A stretch of 64,000 nucleotides of DNA from Tricharina praecox (lineage: Eukaryota), in contig NW_026250406.1 in assembly GCF_024521635.1 (NCBI RefSeq), positions 1,426,001-1,490,000 on the forward strand, in the 5' to 3' direction. A program made the translations under genes and the position numbers. The notes under the pieces are model-generated. The model saw nothing but the letters and a program-made list of their open reading frames with translations. It was not told where the DNA came from and ran no database searches. Below are positions 11,961 to 25,292 of the stretch, one piece after another; position 1 is the first letter of the stretch, and every line of letters begins with the position of its first letter.

Positions 11961-13755
11961 GTTGGCGAGGGAGGAAAAAGTACGCACATGGGCATGACTG
12001 AAACGAAGCTAAGTCCAGCTGCTCCTTTGACTTGCAGAAGGTGAGGGCGAACCTGCTGGGTTAATGGCGAAATTTACGACGCTGATACGAATAAGATTAG
12101 TCTGATGTGTAGTTGAGAGGAAGGTTCAGCTTTATTAAACGTCTGCATGATGGAATGCTTTGGGAGAAGACAAAAGCGGAGATTCATTGTGAAGTGGAAG
12201 CAGAGTTAGGGGTCGGAGTATGGTATCAATAAATCAAATGCTACATCCTACTTAACCATCATAGACCGGTCTTTTATATGTCCTCAGCTGTTGTTTTTTG
12301 TATTGTCGAGATAGATGTTCACCAGCGGCAGCAGCTTCCGCCGTGGGAACAAACAATGAAAACGCTGCTTCGGCTGCAGCCTCGACCGATTGATTCCACG
12401 AATAAGATCATGAACACATAGGGATGAATTGCTTCACTCTAGACTCGCCTGTGCAGCAGGCGAAATGGCGACGGCGAGGAGAAGAGTGAAATTCTCCGAG
12501 GGGAATCGTAACCCTTTGCACACGGACTAAAAGTCTGCAACGAGCCACGATGACTCGCGTTTCACCAACTCCGGCTTCACTTCAAGAAGGTTCCAATGTG
12601 ATGCATGTGGCCCCACCACTGCTAGATACGCAAACTCAGAGATGCGAATTTCTTTCATGCAACATGTCTTGTGCGCTAAATTGTTTATTTTGCGGATAGT
12701 GAGTACCGGGTGATGATAATTTCCATACGAGGAGGGCCACCGCACGAGACTACAGCTCAGAACCGACAAATCGAGCCTCTTCGCAGGTTCACGTTGAAAC
12801 TCTCCCAGATTCAAGGGATTTGACTGTCATTTCTGTTTCTTGTATCTGGTGATGGAATTGCTTTCTCATAACCATATTCTATAATATTTACCACTGCAAT
12901 GCTCAACACGTCACTGAATTTTCAATGATTCCCGACGATCACCTGATGAAACTCAGTTGGCCTGGCAAGCAGTGTGCAAATGTGTAGTGTGACCTAATGT
13001 GACTGCGGCTTCGAGATTTTGCTAGTTTTTGTGGGTTCAGGGCTTCGACTTCCACAGAAACAATTTCTTCCGCTTCCTGTACTTCTAACACCTTCCCCCC
13101 CACAACACAGCCTTCCTTACAGCACACAACCCGCCTTACAACATACAATCCTCCTTCAACCACACGACCCCCGCTTACGACACAAACAATCTCCACCGCC
13201 GTTCGCTGAACAAGCTCGTCATCTACTCTTTCCTTCCATGCTTTTCTGGATGTTTTTGCCCTCCTTTCCCCGCTTGAGTTCGCTTCCGCTCCGTCCTCTT
13301 TCTCCATTTCCCACCATCCTTTGCGATCACTATTACCACCTGCTTTCGTCGATCAACTTGATGGGTGTTTCAAGGCAATCGCACCCAGCAGGTTCGTAAT
13401 AGCTCTTCCACTCTGCACTTACTGTTTCGGCTAAACACTGACTTTAACTCCGACAGCAGTACCTGCTGAAGATAGATACCGTGGGGTACCCGCGCCGCAT
13501 ACGAGCCTCTCCGATCAGCCGGTGCTTGGTGCGTTCATCACATACCTACGGTCATCGCCGTAATCGGGTAAGATGACAGTTCCTTCTGTCAAGTGGTCTG
13601 GCCGCTTACATGGTCATGAATAGGCAGCTCACGCCGTGCCTTCGTACGGCTACTGTCTGATGTTTCGCGCGCCCCAGTGGCGGCGTAACACTGGATTGAA
13701 GGGGAACCTCCGAGTTCTCCTTCGCGCGCTTCTCACAATCATTCAGATAACGAAG

Positions 13756-14970
13756 GTATGTAGTTAGCACCCAGCTTTTTTTTTACATACTCGCAGTCAA
13801 TTCGTTGCTAATGTAGTATTTGCAGAAGCCAAGCCAGACGAGCAGAAGGTGCGAGACGACGACCGCGATCCCGAGGATGACACCCGCGAGAATACGGTAG
13901 CTGCACGTGTTGCGGTCGGACATCCACGTGATGATCAACTAGGCCCGTCCGGCTTCCGGTGGCCCCGATACTTTATCGGGGCCGCCGATGAGGAGTCCAC
14001 CGATTAGTCGGTGGACTCCGCCGGGCGAGGAAAACCTCAAAAAGCCAAGAGTGACCTCGGGTACAGCTCCGAAGTCAACGATGAGGATGTTGTCCACCTC
14101 TTCACGGAAACAGGACCCGCCGGCATGGTGACATACCATGTCACCTACAAAACTAGTGAGAAATACTAACGTCATACAGGTGGGGGCCAGGGACGTTTAC
14201 GAGTTTGTTTCTCCAGAACGTGTGGCGAAATACGAGCATGAATAGTTCGAGCAAGATGAGAATATGGAAACATGTTATGACACGATGAACGGAGTGGGAT
14301 GGGAGACCCGGTGTACGACCAAGACGCTCCTTCGCAAGTACAAGAAAGAGGCCCGGGAAGCTGTGAAAAACGCCAATAAGTCCAAGGTCGGAGCCGGAGA
14401 CAAGTGCCAGGTCGGAGCAGGAAAAAAGACCAAAGTCGGCAGATACTAAGTCTCGGATTCGGACCACAATGACCAAGACGAGATCATCGCTTCGGACAAA
14501 GAAACCGACTACGATGAAGCTGCCGAGTCTTTCGGGTCAGACAGCGAGATCGACGAGACACCGAAGCGTACCGGCAAGGTTTACTCCACTGAAGTGGACC
14601 CTGATTTCAGGGCCCGCTACAAGCACCTAGACTTTGAGCACCTCGATGAGGTATCTGGAATGCCAAGGCTGCCCAGCAGGAGCATGCGATCGCGCAGTCG
14701 CGCGAGGAGGGCGAGGGAGAGGGGGGGTTGGTTTGGTTGATCTCGATGTGAATCTTTCGGAGATAATCACGGATCCGACAGCTGGGGCGTTCAGAGGCTG
14801 CTGGGACAGCACGAGTTGCAGTCTGACGATACCAACGCTTTGCCCTAGTCCCACCTGGAAGAGTTTCCAAGTAGGAGTATTCCGATTCCGCCCAGGTGGC
14901 GGGATCGGATCAAGTATCCCACTCCGCCTAATGACGGAGTGGGGAAGTTCCCACCTGCATCAGGAAAAAA
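13756..14970 (+). pseudogene. Disrupted acidic/basic low-complexity protein gene
   Basis: Canonical intron at 13756-13824 (GTATGT...GCTAAT...CAG), then D/E/K-rich frames (EAKPDEQKVRDDDRDPEDD; LLRKYKKEAREAVKNANK; SDKETDYDEAAESFGSDSEIDE) broken by stops. Confidence 0.45.
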
Positions 14971-15021
14971 AATCTACTTCATTAGAGTGTCCACTGCCTA
15001 TTGATGTGGTGTCACGGTGAC

Positions 15022-15460
15022 TGCAGTGGGTGCATAGGGAACGGTGGTAGGGGTTTCCACCCTATCCCGAGTAATATTCCGTGGGCACGACGTCAGGTGG
15101 GCTCTGCAACATCTTTTTATTGATTGATATCACGTGGTCTATGTACGTACATAATGATAATGAATATACGCCCTGTTTTTACACCCCGTCGGTTGCCTCA
15201 ACTGTCCCGGGGCCTTCTCCGTCATCTCTTTCGGCTTCGTCATCTCGTCGGTGCCCTCATCTCTTCCAACGCCGCCCTCTATTCCGCGCGCTCCCAAAAC
15301 TCTTCCGTACCGCCCAATCTTCTTGGCTCCCACCGCTCCTCCCTGCCGTCGCCTTTTCCGGCCCCTCGACTCATCCGTGCCATCATCTCGTCCAACCCAG
15401 CGACTCTTCCGTGCTCCCACAACTCGTCCCTGTCCACAACTCCTCCGTGCCATCATCTAG
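15022..15460 (+). repeat. Dispersed repeat family with a sharp TG(C/T)(A/G)GTGGGTGCAT start, copy 1
   Basis: The first ~115 bp match the reverse complement of 62630-62744, and the first ~75 bp match 26447-26525; followed by CTCTTCCG/CTCGACTC-rich short repeats. The far end was not found. Confidence 0.7.
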
Positions 15461-17059
15461 GAAAAACACCGTGAAGCCTCGATACGAGTTGAGAGACCGG
15501 AAAACCTTGAAGAGGCCGAACAGGGTATGTTCCCCTCCCCTTCCGCTTCCTGCCTCCCCTCCATTGAAGATTCTACTAACTCACTTCAACAGCTCATTCA
15601 ACAGCTATTTTTGTTTTTATTTTATTTTTCTTCCATGTTGCGTTTGTTTTCATGTTGCGTTTGTTTTCATGTTGCGTTTGTTTTCAGAGCGGGGTTCTAT
15701 CCAATCAACTACAGGAGATAGATCGTCAATATACCGGGGTCCGTGACGACGTATTCGTTCCGCAACAGCGGAATCGAATGAACATTGAACAGCCGGAGCC
15801 TCGGCCCGCAGGTAATATTCTTTGCTGGTGCCGAAGTCGCGTCCGATTTCCGAGGATTCGTAAGGCCACGCAGGCCAGTTCCGTTGTTCTCCCGTCCCAA
15901 GCTGACACGATCGGCGTCTCGATGGTGCGGATGTAGACAGGGCACGGTACGGCTTCGCTGCACTTCAAAACCTCACCCAGGAACGCGTGCGTTCTCTTGC
16001 TACTCTGTTCCTGGAAGACCGGTCTGGACCGGACTACCGAAGCTTCACCTCAAATATCTATCGTGGGCTCCTGCGATGCAGGATCAAAGCGGGTTGTCAA
16101 AGGGGGTTTAATCGAACATCAAAAAGAAGAGGCCATTCCCCGTTCTAGATGAGCAGATGGGAACGCAAACGTATCATCGTTATTCATATGTGGGAGAAAT
16201 GAAGTACATGCATTTCCCCCATTTCCTCCATGGCCGTGACCGTATCTCCCTCGGTCCAGTTGACCTCCTGCCATCCCTTCCTATTTCTCCTCTGCCTCCA
16301 CCTATCCCTCCTCCTATCCTTCTCGTTCCTCCAGTTGTACTCCCCCCCCCCCCCCCCCCCCCCCCCTCCCTTCCGTAAATGACTTCCGACTATGCGATAC
16401 AAACCGGCGGCAATGAACTCACAGATCCACCAGTCAATCTTCCTTGCAACCGGATCGCACTGCATCCCGGATCGATGAGACAGTAACATCGCATTCTCCA
16501 AGACGACCAATGGGACAAGAACGAAGAAGACGAGACAGTTGAGTAGGCGATTCTTCACCCCCGCTACCTAAAGATGTGGGTAGGGAAGAAGGGGAAAGCC
16601 GATCTCAATGGGTCGCTGATAGTCGTGGGACCGGGGTCCGCGACGACGTATCACCCTTCTTGTCGATGGAGAGATTGCGCGCCACCTGAAGAGGTGGCTC
16701 GGCAGCAGCAAACGAGACAACCAGAAGGAATGGAAGGCTGCCGTGGGACCGGGGTCCGCGACGACGCATTCGTTCAGCAATAGCGGAGGGCGAATGAATA
16801 TCCAGCGGCCAGGGGCGCGGGCCGCAGGTATTTCTGTTCTTCACTGATGCCGCTTTAGCGTCCAATTGTCGTGGGATCGTGGCTAGTAGACGATCGTAGC
16901 TTGCGAAACAATCGCTGTTGGTGCGGGTAGATTCTTTGTGGACCGGGGCCTCAAATGTGTCTTTCGAGTCGATGAGTCGGCTCGGATGTGGAGTCCAATG
17001 TTGCATGTGTGATAAGGTGCTGGGGTTGAAGCCGGAATGTAGTGAGAGAGAGGAAGTAG

Positions 17060-17218
17060 AAAAGTGGGAGAGTACAGAAGTGGTGAAGTGTAGAAGCTGA
17101 GAAATGGAGCAGTGGAGAGGTTGAGAAGTGGAGAAGCGGAGAAGTGAGGAAGTGGGGAAGTGGAGTGGTGGGGAAGTGGGATTGTGGGATTGTGGGATTC
17201 TGCGATTGTGGGGGATGT
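17060..17218 (+). repeat. G-rich octamer minisatellite (GAAGTGGA switching to GGATTGTG), unit 1
   Basis: Directly visible 8-bp periodicity. Confidence 0.85.
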
Positions 17219-18379
17219 GACGGTGAAATGAGGTTTTCTTAGAGCAGCACAGCAATCCATTGTAACGAGCGGCAGTAGCGATAACGAGAGCAATCACAAG
17301 CAGCACTTCGCGCTCGTAAAATGTTTCCTGCAGGGTGTCATCAACCAGGCAAATCTCCCTCACAACCGATTGCAGACGCCAACGAAGGCGATCACTGATG
17401 AGAACGAAATCGAAGTCCTGGACTGAAACACCTGGCCAATGCCAAAGTTGCAGCTGTCATCGCAGGAGTTGCGTTCGATCTCTAATTGGTGGGGTAATCG
17501 GGGAGAATGCGAGCATGTTGGTATCGGCGTGCGATTCACAGAGTGCGAAACATGGTTGGTGCGAGGGTAATTCTGTCACTCTGTGCGAGAGTAATGAAGT
17601 TGAGCGTCTGCGACCAACATCGGCATCAGGACGAAAGAAAAATCCGTTGAGTGCGTGTAGGCGGTCCTGTCACTGGTAACGCTGCTAAAGTCCTCGCGAC
17701 ATTGCAAAGAGTTAATGCGTAGTCGCTTCCAGACATCCGATAGTAGTCGATATACGTATCGTATCGCATCCAACGATCTCGGACGGCCGATGCCTTGTCA
17801 ATTGCGTATCTGATCTCAGATGCCGAAAACCTACGTGCCTGCGTGACCTCTCGTTGAAGTAGACAACCATCCAGCAGTTCCTACTCTGCATAATGTTGAA
17901 AGAAGTAGAGAATCGAATTCGCTGTGCTGCCACCGGGGGATTTGTTGTACTAGGTGACGCCAGCATTGCGCGTCCAAAGGTTAACAGCCAACCATGGACC
18001 TGTGTCAAGAACCATATTCGTCTCTCGACCATCATACCACAGCACCTAGTATCTTAGAGGAACCATTACACCAGGGCAATTTCGAGCGTCGGGGTCGTAA
18101 GCCTCCTGTGGAAAACAGGAGACCCCGAAAAAGTCGAGGGAGTGGCCTAGTCAAGCAACGGATGAATTCCGGGAACATGTTTACTGCACGGAAGAGTTGA
18201 CAGCGCCGATAAGGTGATGGGGCCCATGAGATGTTGGTGCGGTATATTCATGAAACGGTCCAGTACAGGCTCCAGAAGAGTCAAGGGCCCGGAAGAGTCG
18301 AGGGAGAAGCCTAGTGATGGGAGCGGAAGAGGTGCGGCAGCGGGCTATTCAAGGCTCTGGTATAGTTAAGAGAACCGGC

Positions 18380-19440
18380 TACGCTGTAGACACCACTTGG
18401 GTACCGGGTGTATGTTCTGACCTCCTCTTCGTACACTATCTGCACATCCTCCTGGGAGATTGGCTTCAAACGGTTTCGAGATACCTGCAAAGGCTGCTGC
18501 AGATCATGGAGGTCCTGTCTTTCAGGCCGATGCTGCTTTTGGTGGCTTGCTGCGGATCTGGCATCTACTCCTGCACTTGCGTAGGTTACGCTACTGGTAG
18601 TGGGCATAGCGAACCATGTTGCGGTTGCGAAAACGGCGCCTGCGACGGAAGCTGTTATTATTAGTCTGAGGATGTTCCAGTTAGTCCTGCGGCAGCTGGG
18701 ACGGGTGTCGCTTCGGGAGCTGTCGTTTGTGTTCGGAAGCGGGTTCGGCGGATTCCAAAAACAGCAGTACTAGTGGGCTCACCACTTGTGGTCCACATTG
18801 ACAGGTCAACACAAAGTTAAGGTTTTTCTCTGGACTGTACTAGCAAGTGTATCAAGACCAACAACCTATGCATATATTGTTGGAATGCTACCACTATACA
18901 GGGCGTGGGTGGTCAGCAACGGTGGAGGCAGGTGGTGCCGGTAGGTGGTCGCCAGTAAGAGTCGTCAGCAGGATAAAAGAGTCGGTGGATAGCCGCCAAT
19001 GAAAAGGCAACTATCATACAAATCATTGTATCTTCGAGTGAAACTGTTTCCCGTGCCTTTCCACATATTTCGGCTTCCTGCAGACGTCAGGAGACTCTGT
19101 CGCGTTAAACAACGTTGATGTTGCAAAAATATTCTTACGCCAGTAATTGGAGGCAAATATTTGGTTCAAATTGTGTCTATTACACCATCCTCCTCACAAA
19201 GCGCGGCCAACATTTTCTCGATTGCTATAACATCCTCCTTCGTAGCTTCGATTCATCCTCCTACGTAGCTGTGCCAAATCCAGCTGATTAGCTATGATGC
19301 ATCTTTAATCGTACCGGCGGTTTATACTTATTCGTACCTGCAATATATCCTCCTTCGTAGTAGCGATCACATCATTCTTCTGCCAGCTTTCCCAGTAACC
19401 GACAGCTTCGCGCAAAACATCTCCCATTGGCCCTCGCAGC
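18380..19440 (-). pseudogene. Multi-exon hypothetical gene remnant, paralog A
   Basis: WESWQKNDVIATTKEDILQ, then an intron, ATKEDVIAIEKMLAALC...GVRIFLQHQRCLTRQSLLTSA and QIVYEEEVRTYTRYP; matches paralog B. Confidence 0.55.
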
Positions 19441-20454
19441 GTTGGTAACCGTGGAGGGTGATGAACGATCACCGCTGCGCTCACCACATGTCGTGGCTCC
19501 GCAGATATCGCCAGAAGAGAGCAATACGTCAAGGCCCCGCAGGCCAGTTCCGTTCTCTCGCATCGTCAGCCGACACGGTCGTCGTCTCAAATGTGGTGAT
19601 GTAGACAGGGCACGGTAGGCCTTCGCTGAGCTCCCAGCACCAACGCAGGAACGAGTGCCTTGTCGGGCTACTTGGTTCCTGGGAGACCGGCTTGGACCGG
19701 TATACCGACACTTCTCTCTTTAGGTGAACTTAACCACCTTCCAACCCCTCTTGTTTCTCCTCCGCCTCCTTCTCTGCCTCTTCCCAGCTCTCCTCCTATC
19801 ACTCTCGTTCCTTCTGTTGTTCACCCCCCGTTCCGTAGATGATTTCCGACTATCAGACTCTTGTCGACGTAGAAATTCCCCGCCACCTAAAGAGGTGGCT
19901 GGAGAAAAACGGAAGAGGGGACTTGTGCGAATCGAAGGACACCGTGGGACCGTAATCCGCGATGACGCATTGATCCAGCAACAGCCGATGCGAATGCAAA
20001 TCCTGACACATCTATTGGTCTGGTCAGAGATAATCATTTGCAACTCGAGGTGAGGTGCGACGGCGACTGGAAGCGGGGTCGTAATCGCCAGCCTTCTTCA
20101 TCTGTTTCAAGATGTTCGGCCAGTACTCCTTATCCTTTTGAACCGATCGCCGAGAGTCGTGGGACCGTGGTCCGCGACGACGAATTCGTTCAGCAGTAGC
20201 GAATCCGAATGGAAGGCCGCAGCCCCGAGTTGTTCCACGTGGTGACCCCGACTGCGGGTTCAATAGTCGATATGTGTGTAGCTGGCGCGTATCGTAGCTT
20301 GCGAAATGGTCGTTATTTGTGCGAGTAGATTGGTTGGGGGCCGGGGCCGGGAATGTATCTTTCGAGTCAATGAGCTGGCTGGGATGCGGAGTGCAATGTT
20401 GCGTGTGATTAGGTGCCGAGGTTCAAGCGGGAAAGAAGTGAGATAGGGGACGTA

Positions 20455-20617
20455 GAAAAGTCGGAATGTGGGAAAGTGGAGAGGTAGAGAAGTAGAGAAG
20501 TGGAGATGAAGAGAGGAGGAGAAGTGGGGAAGCGGATAAGTGGGGAAGTGGGGTTTTAGGGAAGTAGGGAAGCGCAGAAATGGGGTGGTAGGTTGGTTGG
20601 GTGGTGGGGTGGTGGGG
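20455..20617 (+). repeat. G-rich octamer minisatellite, unit 2
   Basis: GAAGTGG(A/G) units followed by G/T-rich GGTGG units, in the same flanking context as unit 1. Confidence 0.75.
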
Positions 20618-21389
20618 CAAACCGGGAAGTTTGGTTTGCCTCGGCGCGGAGCAGTAACGTGTGGTAGCGAGTGGCAGTAGCTAGGAGGAGGGCACTCTCA
20701 AGAAGCACCTCGCGCTCGAGCGATTTTTCTTGCACGCGGTCATCAATCAGGTTGCTCGCCTTGCAAATGATGGGTGATCAGAGTGATATCGCAATGCTAG
20801 ACTAAAAGTCTGGGTCAATACCGTAGGTGCAGCTGGCACCAGTCATCGCAAGAGCTGCAGTCGATCTCCGTTGTATCGGGTAATCAGGGGGAATGCCGGG
20901 ATGTTACCATCGGCGTGTGGTCAGACTGCGAAACCTACTTTGTGGTGAGGATTGGCAAGCTGGGGAAAATTCGGAGGAAGATTCTGTATGATAGCAATCA
21001 TAGTAGTGATCTCTAGGATGACAGTTACGTGCAAGTGCTAGATATTGCGAGGAGAGTACGATATGTCTTCTTCTTTCGGAATCTGCATTGTACACGTATG
21101 TAGCAGTCCTATAGGCACCGCGCCTATTCAGGCATCGTCTCCCATTGTGTGTGGTAAGTGGCTGGCTGCGATCAGTCTTAGACTGCTATCGATCCATGCG
21201 CCGTGCCTAGCTACTCCGAGTCTTGTTTTGTGTTCAGTACATGGAAAGCTGCGATCACTCAAGGAGAGCTGCGTTCAGGCATGGACCTCTGCAGTTAGGC
21301 ATGGACAACTCTGGTCACATGAAGTATTGGCCGAACTGAGCTGCCTGTCTCGGACTATTTCTAACTTGTGCCTCTGTTCCCAGAAAGCA

Positions 21390-22030
21390 TATGGGTACCG
21401 CGTTTATGTTTTGACCTCCTCTTAGTACACCGTCTGCAGCAGCTGCTGGTAGATGGCCTTGAATGAGTTTCACGAGAGCTACGCACGCTGCTGGAGATTC
21501 TGAAGATCTTCGTGTTGAGGCTGTTGCTGCTGTTGATGGCATGGAGGCAGAAGCTGCGGAACTGAACTTTGCCCAAGCACTAGCTTTTAATTTTCCATAG
21601 CAATTGCTGTTGCGGCGATAAATCCATTTGATGTTGGGGATTCTGTTGAGGTTAGTGATGCGGAAGGTGTTCCGGTCGGTCTTGGAGCAACCATAGGTCC
21701 CCTGTCTGCAGACGTCGCGATAATATGTCGGGTTAAAAAGAGCTGATTTTTCAGAAACGTTCTTATGCCATTAAACTATTTCTATCACACCGCATCAAAC
21801 TTACAAAGGGCAGCTAACACTTCCTCAATTGCTATAATATCCTCCTTTGTAGCTGAGAATATCCGTATTCGTACCTGTGATCTATTTTCCTTCGTAGCTG
21901 CGACACATCCAGCTCATTAGCTATGCGAGATACTTATTCGTACTTGTAATTATTGCTTATTCGTACCTTCAATATATCGTTCTTCGTAGCTGCAATTATC
22001 CCATCTCTCTTCCAGCATTCCCAGCGCCTC
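21390..22030 (-). pseudogene. Multi-exon hypothetical gene remnant, paralog B
   Basis: WECWKRDGIIAATKNDILK, then an intron, ATKEDIIAIEEVLAALC...GIRTFLKNQLFLTRHIIATSA and QTVY*EEVKT*TRYP with nonsense codons. Confidence 0.55.
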
Positions 22031-22467
22031 CCGTCATTAAATCGCTGGGGTTCAAGAAAAAACCCAGGAACGAGTAACTCCTCAGGCTTCTCCGCTCCTG
22101 GATGACTGGCTTCGACCTGTCAATCGATACTTCTTGTCGATGTACATATTACGTGCGACCCAGCAAATAGCTTGGGAGGCGCGATGGAGGCGACCCCGAT
22201 GGATGGCTGATCGCAAAGGGACCGGGATACCGATGACGAATTCGTTCAGCAACAGCGGAACCGGATGTAATTTCAGCGGCCGGGACCGCGACCCACCGGT
22301 GGATCCAATTGGTGATGCACATTCCGCATTCGATTCGAATCACTGTGGGCCGGGGCCGCATTCGTATTCTTGGAGTCAATGAGTCGGGTCGTAAGCGCAG
22401 TGCAATGTTGCAAGGGCGCTGAGGTGCTGGGGTTGAGGCCGGAGAGGAGTGAGAGAGGGGATGCAGA

Positions 22468-22682
22468 AAAGTGGGAGAGTGGAGAAGTGGTGATGTGGAG
22501 AAGTGGAGAAGTAGAGTATTGTTGAAGTGGGAAAGTGGGGTTATAGGATTGTGGGATTGTGGGATTGTGGGATTGTGGGACTTTGGGATTGTGGGTTTGT
22601 GGGATTGTGGGGTTGTGGGATTGTGGGTTTGTGGGGTTGTGAAATTGTGGGTTTGTGGGTTTGTGGGGTGTTGGGGGATGTG
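22468..22682 (+). repeat. G-rich octamer minisatellite, unit 3 (longest; about 16 GGGATTGT/GGGTTTGT-type units)
   Basis: Directly visible: ggattgtgggattgtgggattgtggga... Confidence 0.92.
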
Positions 22683-23730
22683 ACGGGGAAATGCGGTTTC
22701 CTTAGACGCGGAGGAGAAACCGTTCTCAGCGAGTGGCAGTAGCCAGAGCAAGAGCTGCCACAAGCAGCACTTCGCGGTCGTAAAATCTTCTAGGAAACTA
22801 CTAGCGGAGTAACGCCACACGGTAGCGCCGGTGTGCGGATGTGTTGCTTTGGGCATCCGGAAATTTATTTTGTCAAGCGTATCTGAGCAGAGTAGTGAGA
22901 GAAAGATGGAGATATGATTGCTAGATACAGAACCAAAGTGCGGACGACAGAAGGAGTATTTGAGGAAATACATAACATCAAGTCCCAAGATATCCGTCCG
23001 TTTTCCCATCATATCCGTCCGTTCCCAGCTACTGGGTCCATTGATGCCCGAGGACATTAAACTAAATCACCGACAATTTACACCTCTGGACGGGGCGGAT
23101 CAGCCCTCTGGAGACTTAGCCCGCGACGGGACGGGACGGACCTCTTCCTCACCATTGCCTTTGACTGGTCCGCGCAACCGATCGGTTACCAGTCCGTGTT
23201 CAGAAACTGTGCCATCTTCCTGCCTTCAGTGGATCGGATGCGGTGAGATTTAGTCAGGCATGAAGGCTATCTGAATCTTCTTCACAGCTTCGAGAACAGT
23301 CAAGGCACCACATGGAGCACCGGTAAGATGCCAGCGGATAGAGGTGCAAGTAAGCTGCGTGAGAATTACTCAAAGTTATCGTTGCTCGGATATCCGAGGA
23401 ACAAGAGCGACATGACCGTGATCATCCGCACATGTACCCATGTGTACATTTGGAAGGGTTGGGTGATTGAGATGGAAATAATCATTTTGACGCTGGCGCG
23501 TGGGCGGTGTGGCACAGCATGGCAGCTGAGCGCTCAACTAAACAGACGAAAAGATTGGATTATCCTCGGCAAACCCCGAAAGAAAAATTTAGGTGAAAGC
23601 GAGCGAGAAACAAAACTATTGGACCATGAAAACTGCAAGCAAGAAAGGAAAAGAATGCGCAACCAAAGAAAGATAGGAGTAGTGATGAAAGAGCACGAAG
23701 TATGGCTGTAGAAGGAATCATACCCAAATC

Positions 23731-24196
23731 TGTCAAGATTAGACGTCCGGAAGGCTCTAGAAAACTCACGATCCGAAAGGCTCAAGAAGACTCACGATCC
23801 CAAGGGCTCCACCTGATGACGCGGCACGGACCGTGCTCGCCTCAGAAGCCGAAGGATCAGACTATCACCTACGTAAAAGTATGCTGCCTTGGGCAAGACG
23901 AACGTGTACTTAAAAGGCATCTCTGGCCGACAAGAAGTAGGGAATCAATTCAAAATTGTCTATCTATCTATTCATCCTGATCTCCATCCTCCATATTCAT
24001 GACACTACCTAGGGTATATTAGACCTTTCACTACCTTTCTTTCTCTCCTTGAGTATCACCTACGTAAAAGTACGCTGCCTTGGGCAAGAAGAACGTGTAC
24101 TTAGAGGGCATCTCTGGCTAGACGAGAAGTAGTGAATCAACTGAAAATTGTTTATCTATCTATCCATCCCTATCTCTATCATCCATCTTCTTGACA
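23731..24196 (+). mobile_element. LTR copy (23731-24004) plus a partial second 3' half (24054-24196)
   Basis: TGTCAAGA...CATGACA, then a repeat of TATCACCTACGTAAAAGTA...TCTTGACA; homologous to the 7412 solo LTR; no TSD found. Confidence 0.85.
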
Positions 24197-25195
24197 CAAA
24201 CCCAAAGCAAATCAAACCACAAACAAGCACCCATTCCAGTGACGCGCCCAATCCGCCACGCCAGTAGTGCCCCATCCGTGTATCAAAGCTTACAAACAAC
24301 ATCGAAAAAGGAAGTTATATATTACGTCCTTCGTATTAAGGGCCCCAGTTCGGACAGGTATATTATTGGAACAATCACATCCACTGCTGTAGATCCTCCT
24401 GCGGGGGTTCCTCCGTTGTGTAGCTGGTTGTTCGCATCGTTCATATCGCTGAGTCCACGGCCGTCCGTCCCGCCCGTCCACTAGAAAAACCTTGGTCATC
24501 ATGTCGGAGGCGCTGATCACAAGAGAACACGCCGTCCGTCACCGTCCGACGCCCAGGACGGGCGGACCGGACGATAGAGAACACTGCATAACGACACCAA
24601 ACGCGGCGGCGATGAACACGAAGACGCCGGGGCGCGGGCGGCGCAGCCGCAGAGGTGGTTAGGGCCATGACCCCCGGACACTGTCCTCCTTGATGTACCC
24701 GTTTTCCTGAGTTCGGTCAGCCTGGAACAGAGGAAAAGACGACTCATGCGTAATCGTAAGATACTCACCGAGTTAGTCTCGAGGATGCAAAACGCAAAGG
24801 CGAAGGCCGCAAAGGAACCGGGGCGCAGGTGGCAACATGCGTCCACCCACTATGGCCCTTGACCTCTTCGGTTTTCTAGGTTCGGTTAGCTATGTGCAAA
24901 TGAGGAAGAGGAGTACTGCGGAATGAGGAGCTGCTCACCGAGTTAGTCACGAGGACATGATTCGCGGCGCCGGAGCGCCAGGGGCACGGGTTGTTCCACG
25001 TGGTGATCCCGATTTCCTTTTGGATAGTAGAAAACGTCGAACGCTCGTAGCTTGTGAGTATCACAGCTTTCGAATTAGTCTTGGGTTGTGCGAGTAGAAT
25101 CGTGTCCATGATTCGCCTCAGGAGGGGAGTACAATATTGCAAGTGTGTTGAGGTGCCGCGGCTAAAGCCGGAGAGTAATGTCTGAGGGGAAGTAG

Positions 25196-25292
25196 AAAAG
25201 TGCGAGAGTGGAGAAGTGGGGAAGTGGTGTTGTGGTGTGCTGAGGTTGTGGAATTGTGGGATTGTGGGATTTTGGGATGTGTGGGGGATGTG
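25196..25292 (+). repeat. G-rich octamer minisatellite, unit 4
   Basis: gagaagtggggaagtgg...ttgtgggattgtggga with the same flanks as the other units. Confidence 0.75.

Noticed and set aside
22540..22680. Interstitial telomere
   Set aside because: The unit is the 8-bp GGGATTGT/GGGTTTGT, not TTAGGG, and it sits within a repeated module.
22149..23057. 302-aa ORF (and the 252-aa ORF at 16605-17363) as real genes
   Set aside because: They are open mainly because the C-rich strand of the octamer tract lacks stop codons, they cross module junctions, and the frames are not preserved among paralogous units.
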